NCBI GenBank assembly: GCA_000004695.1
Contig: CM000151.3
Location: forward strand, 6,432,001 to 6,496,000
Source of the DNA: Dictyostelium discoideum
Lineage: Eukaryota
Length of the DNA: 64,000 bases
Direction of reading: 5' to 3'
Shown here one piece after another: positions 62,873 through 64,000 of the stretch (the first letter of the stretch is position 1; every line of letters begins with the position of its first letter). The notes under the pieces are model-generated. The model did not search any database and had not been told where the DNA came from. It saw only the letters and a program-made list of their open reading frames with translations. The position numbers and the translations under genes were made by a program.

Positions 62873-63946
62873 CGATGATGTTGAACTCTAGTTCTACGAT
62901 TTTGAAAATCTAAAGCATCTAATCTCTTTTTTTTCTTTAATATTTCATCTCTAATAAAATCAGCGAATAATAATTCCAATCCATTAAAAGAAGAGAAAGT
63001 ATCTTTTGGGTTATCAAATCTTAATGAATCCAATGTTCTTAATAAATGGACCACCAATATTCTAATGGTAATATGAAAGTTTTTTTTAGTAGTTTCATTC
63101 AATTTATCGGATGGATGTTCTGGTGAATTTTGATCCCTATGCTTTGTACAAAACCCTGATGGTTTAAATGAATCTGGATTACCACAATCACAACAACCAC
63201 CAAGCCCACTCTCCTCAATCATAAATGCATGACCTTCCTTTATATGAATACTATTCTCCATACATGATATGCAAATACATGATGTTTCAGTTTGTGCACA
63301 ATCTTTACACCTAAAAAACCATGTTTTTTTTGTCCATTCTATTATATATAAAAAAAAAAAAAAAAAATAATAAAACAATTAATAATTTTAATAAATATTA
63401 ATAAATATTAATAAAAATATAATATAAAAATACATTACCAAATTGACAAAATGGAAATTTATGAATACTAGTTTCTTTAATTATTGATTCTGTATCACGA
63501 TTATTTAATTTTTCAAAGATAAAGTTGAAGAGTGGTTGTGAGAAAGTGAGTGTTGGATAAGATAGTGTCATTGAATTTAAAAATGTTAAATAAGGTTGTG
63601 CATCAAATTTTTCATCTTCAATTGGGTAAAGATTAATGTTGTTTTTTTTTAATAACGCTTCAAATAAATAATAATGTTCTTTTGAATTTGATGATTCATC
63701 ATCTGAGCTATCTTCATCAACATTGAGTTTAACTGTAGTTCTTTTTGCTTGATAATTGTTATTTTCCATAATATCATCATCTTCATCCCCATCTTCTTCG
63801 TCACCATCTTCTTCTTCCTCTTCTTCTTCATTATCTTCATCTTGGTCTTCATCATTTTCATCTTCTTCATATTCATCTTCTTCATACTCATCCTCTTCAT
63901 CCTCTTCAATATTTTCATTATCATAATTTAGAATGTAATTCAACAT
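57496..63946 (-). CDS. UBR-box N-recognin-type E3 ubiquitin ligase (about 2116 aa). Two exons: 63946..63439, 63338..57496.
   Basis: Real ATG at 63946. Donor GTAATG at 63438; acceptor ataatag at 63339; 100-nt intron; phase 1 is consistent. UBR box 'CKDCAQTETSCICISCMENSIHIKEGHAFMIEESGLGGCCDCGNPDSFKPSGFCTKH'. C-terminal RING-like 'CGHYIHRSCLSVYAPYYVNDHFKCPLCN'. Long poly-Gln/Asn tracts; (GAATCN)n encodes (DS)n at 61915-61960. Confidence 0.8.
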
Positions 63947-63968
63947 TTTTATTTAAATTTAATTTTAA

Positions 63969-63999
<31 letters not shown>

Positions 64000-64000
64000 A

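Noticed and set aside
1-64000. Interpreting the window as a bacterial or phage accessory island with defence systems, operons, or RBS-led ORFs.
   Set aside because: Spliceosomal introns with GTAAGT/GTATGT donors, poly-Gln/Asn proteins, tRNA-targeted LINE elements, and about 80% AT content all indicate a dictyostelid nuclear genome. The TTG/GTG 'starts' in the ORF track are artefacts of a prokaryotic start table.

Overview
Organism context. The window is about 78-80% AT. It is eukaryotic: spliceosomal introns of roughly 70-270 bp with GTAAGT/GTATGT...AG boundaries, poly-Gln/Asn codon microsatellites inside ORFs, and very long A/T homopolymers. The style matches a dictyostelid social-amoeba nuclear genome (Dictyostelium discoideum-like). 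It is not a prokaryotic island, so defence-island or operon logic does not apply.

Use of the ORF track. The supplied six-frame track uses bacterial-like TTG/GTG starts and ignores splicing. I re-derived gene models by reading across splice sites. Coordinates computed by hand are approximate to a few nucleotides.

Gene content, 5' to 3':
- a 3-exon BAR-like coiled-coil gene (-)
- a 5-exon CCR4-NOT subunit 1 (CNOT1/Not1) gene (-)
- a 3-exon type-I membrane protein with a HAP2/GCS1-like 'SQGFCCSC' motif (-)
- a 2-exon PLP-dependent Orn/DAP/Arg-decarboxylase-family gene (+)
- two tandemly duplicated acyl-CoA oxidase genes (-), with a tiny glycine-zipper membrane-protein gene between them
- a 1012-aa ankyrin-repeat gene (-)
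- a small Q-rich gene (+)
- a THOC3-like WD40 gene (+; 5' exon not found)
- a KGD4/MRPS36-like gene (-)
- a signal-peptide membrane protein interrupted by one in-frame TAA (-)
- a hypothetical membrane protein (+)
- a thioredoxin-UBA-ZZ-UBX gene (-)
- an H-type-lectin gene (+)
- a multi-exon secreted NlpC/P60 peptidase gene (-)
- a UBR-box N-recognin E3 ligase gene (-)

Accessory stretch, about 40-51.7 kb:
- a MITE-like element with roughly 55-bp terminal inverted repeats
- a class-II tRNA (Ser-UGA-like, aberrant anticodon loop)
- an unusual GC-containing hairpin and short-repeat array
- a full-length non-LTR retrotransposon (TRE-type: APE + RT + CCHC), with a tandem 5'-truncated copy, whose 5' end abuts the 3' side of a tRNA-Leu(CAA) gene
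- a tandem array of tRNA 5'-half copies upstream of that tRNA
- a Rab GTPase pseudogene

Larger-scale structure. Reciprocal pseudo-fragments of the HAP2-like gene 3' end and the NlpC/P60 gene 3' end, plus a shared 100-bp element, sit about 40 kb apart at about 13.2-13.8 kb and about 54.0-54.7 kb, bracketing the whole accessory interval. No CRISPR arrays and no rRNA genes were found.
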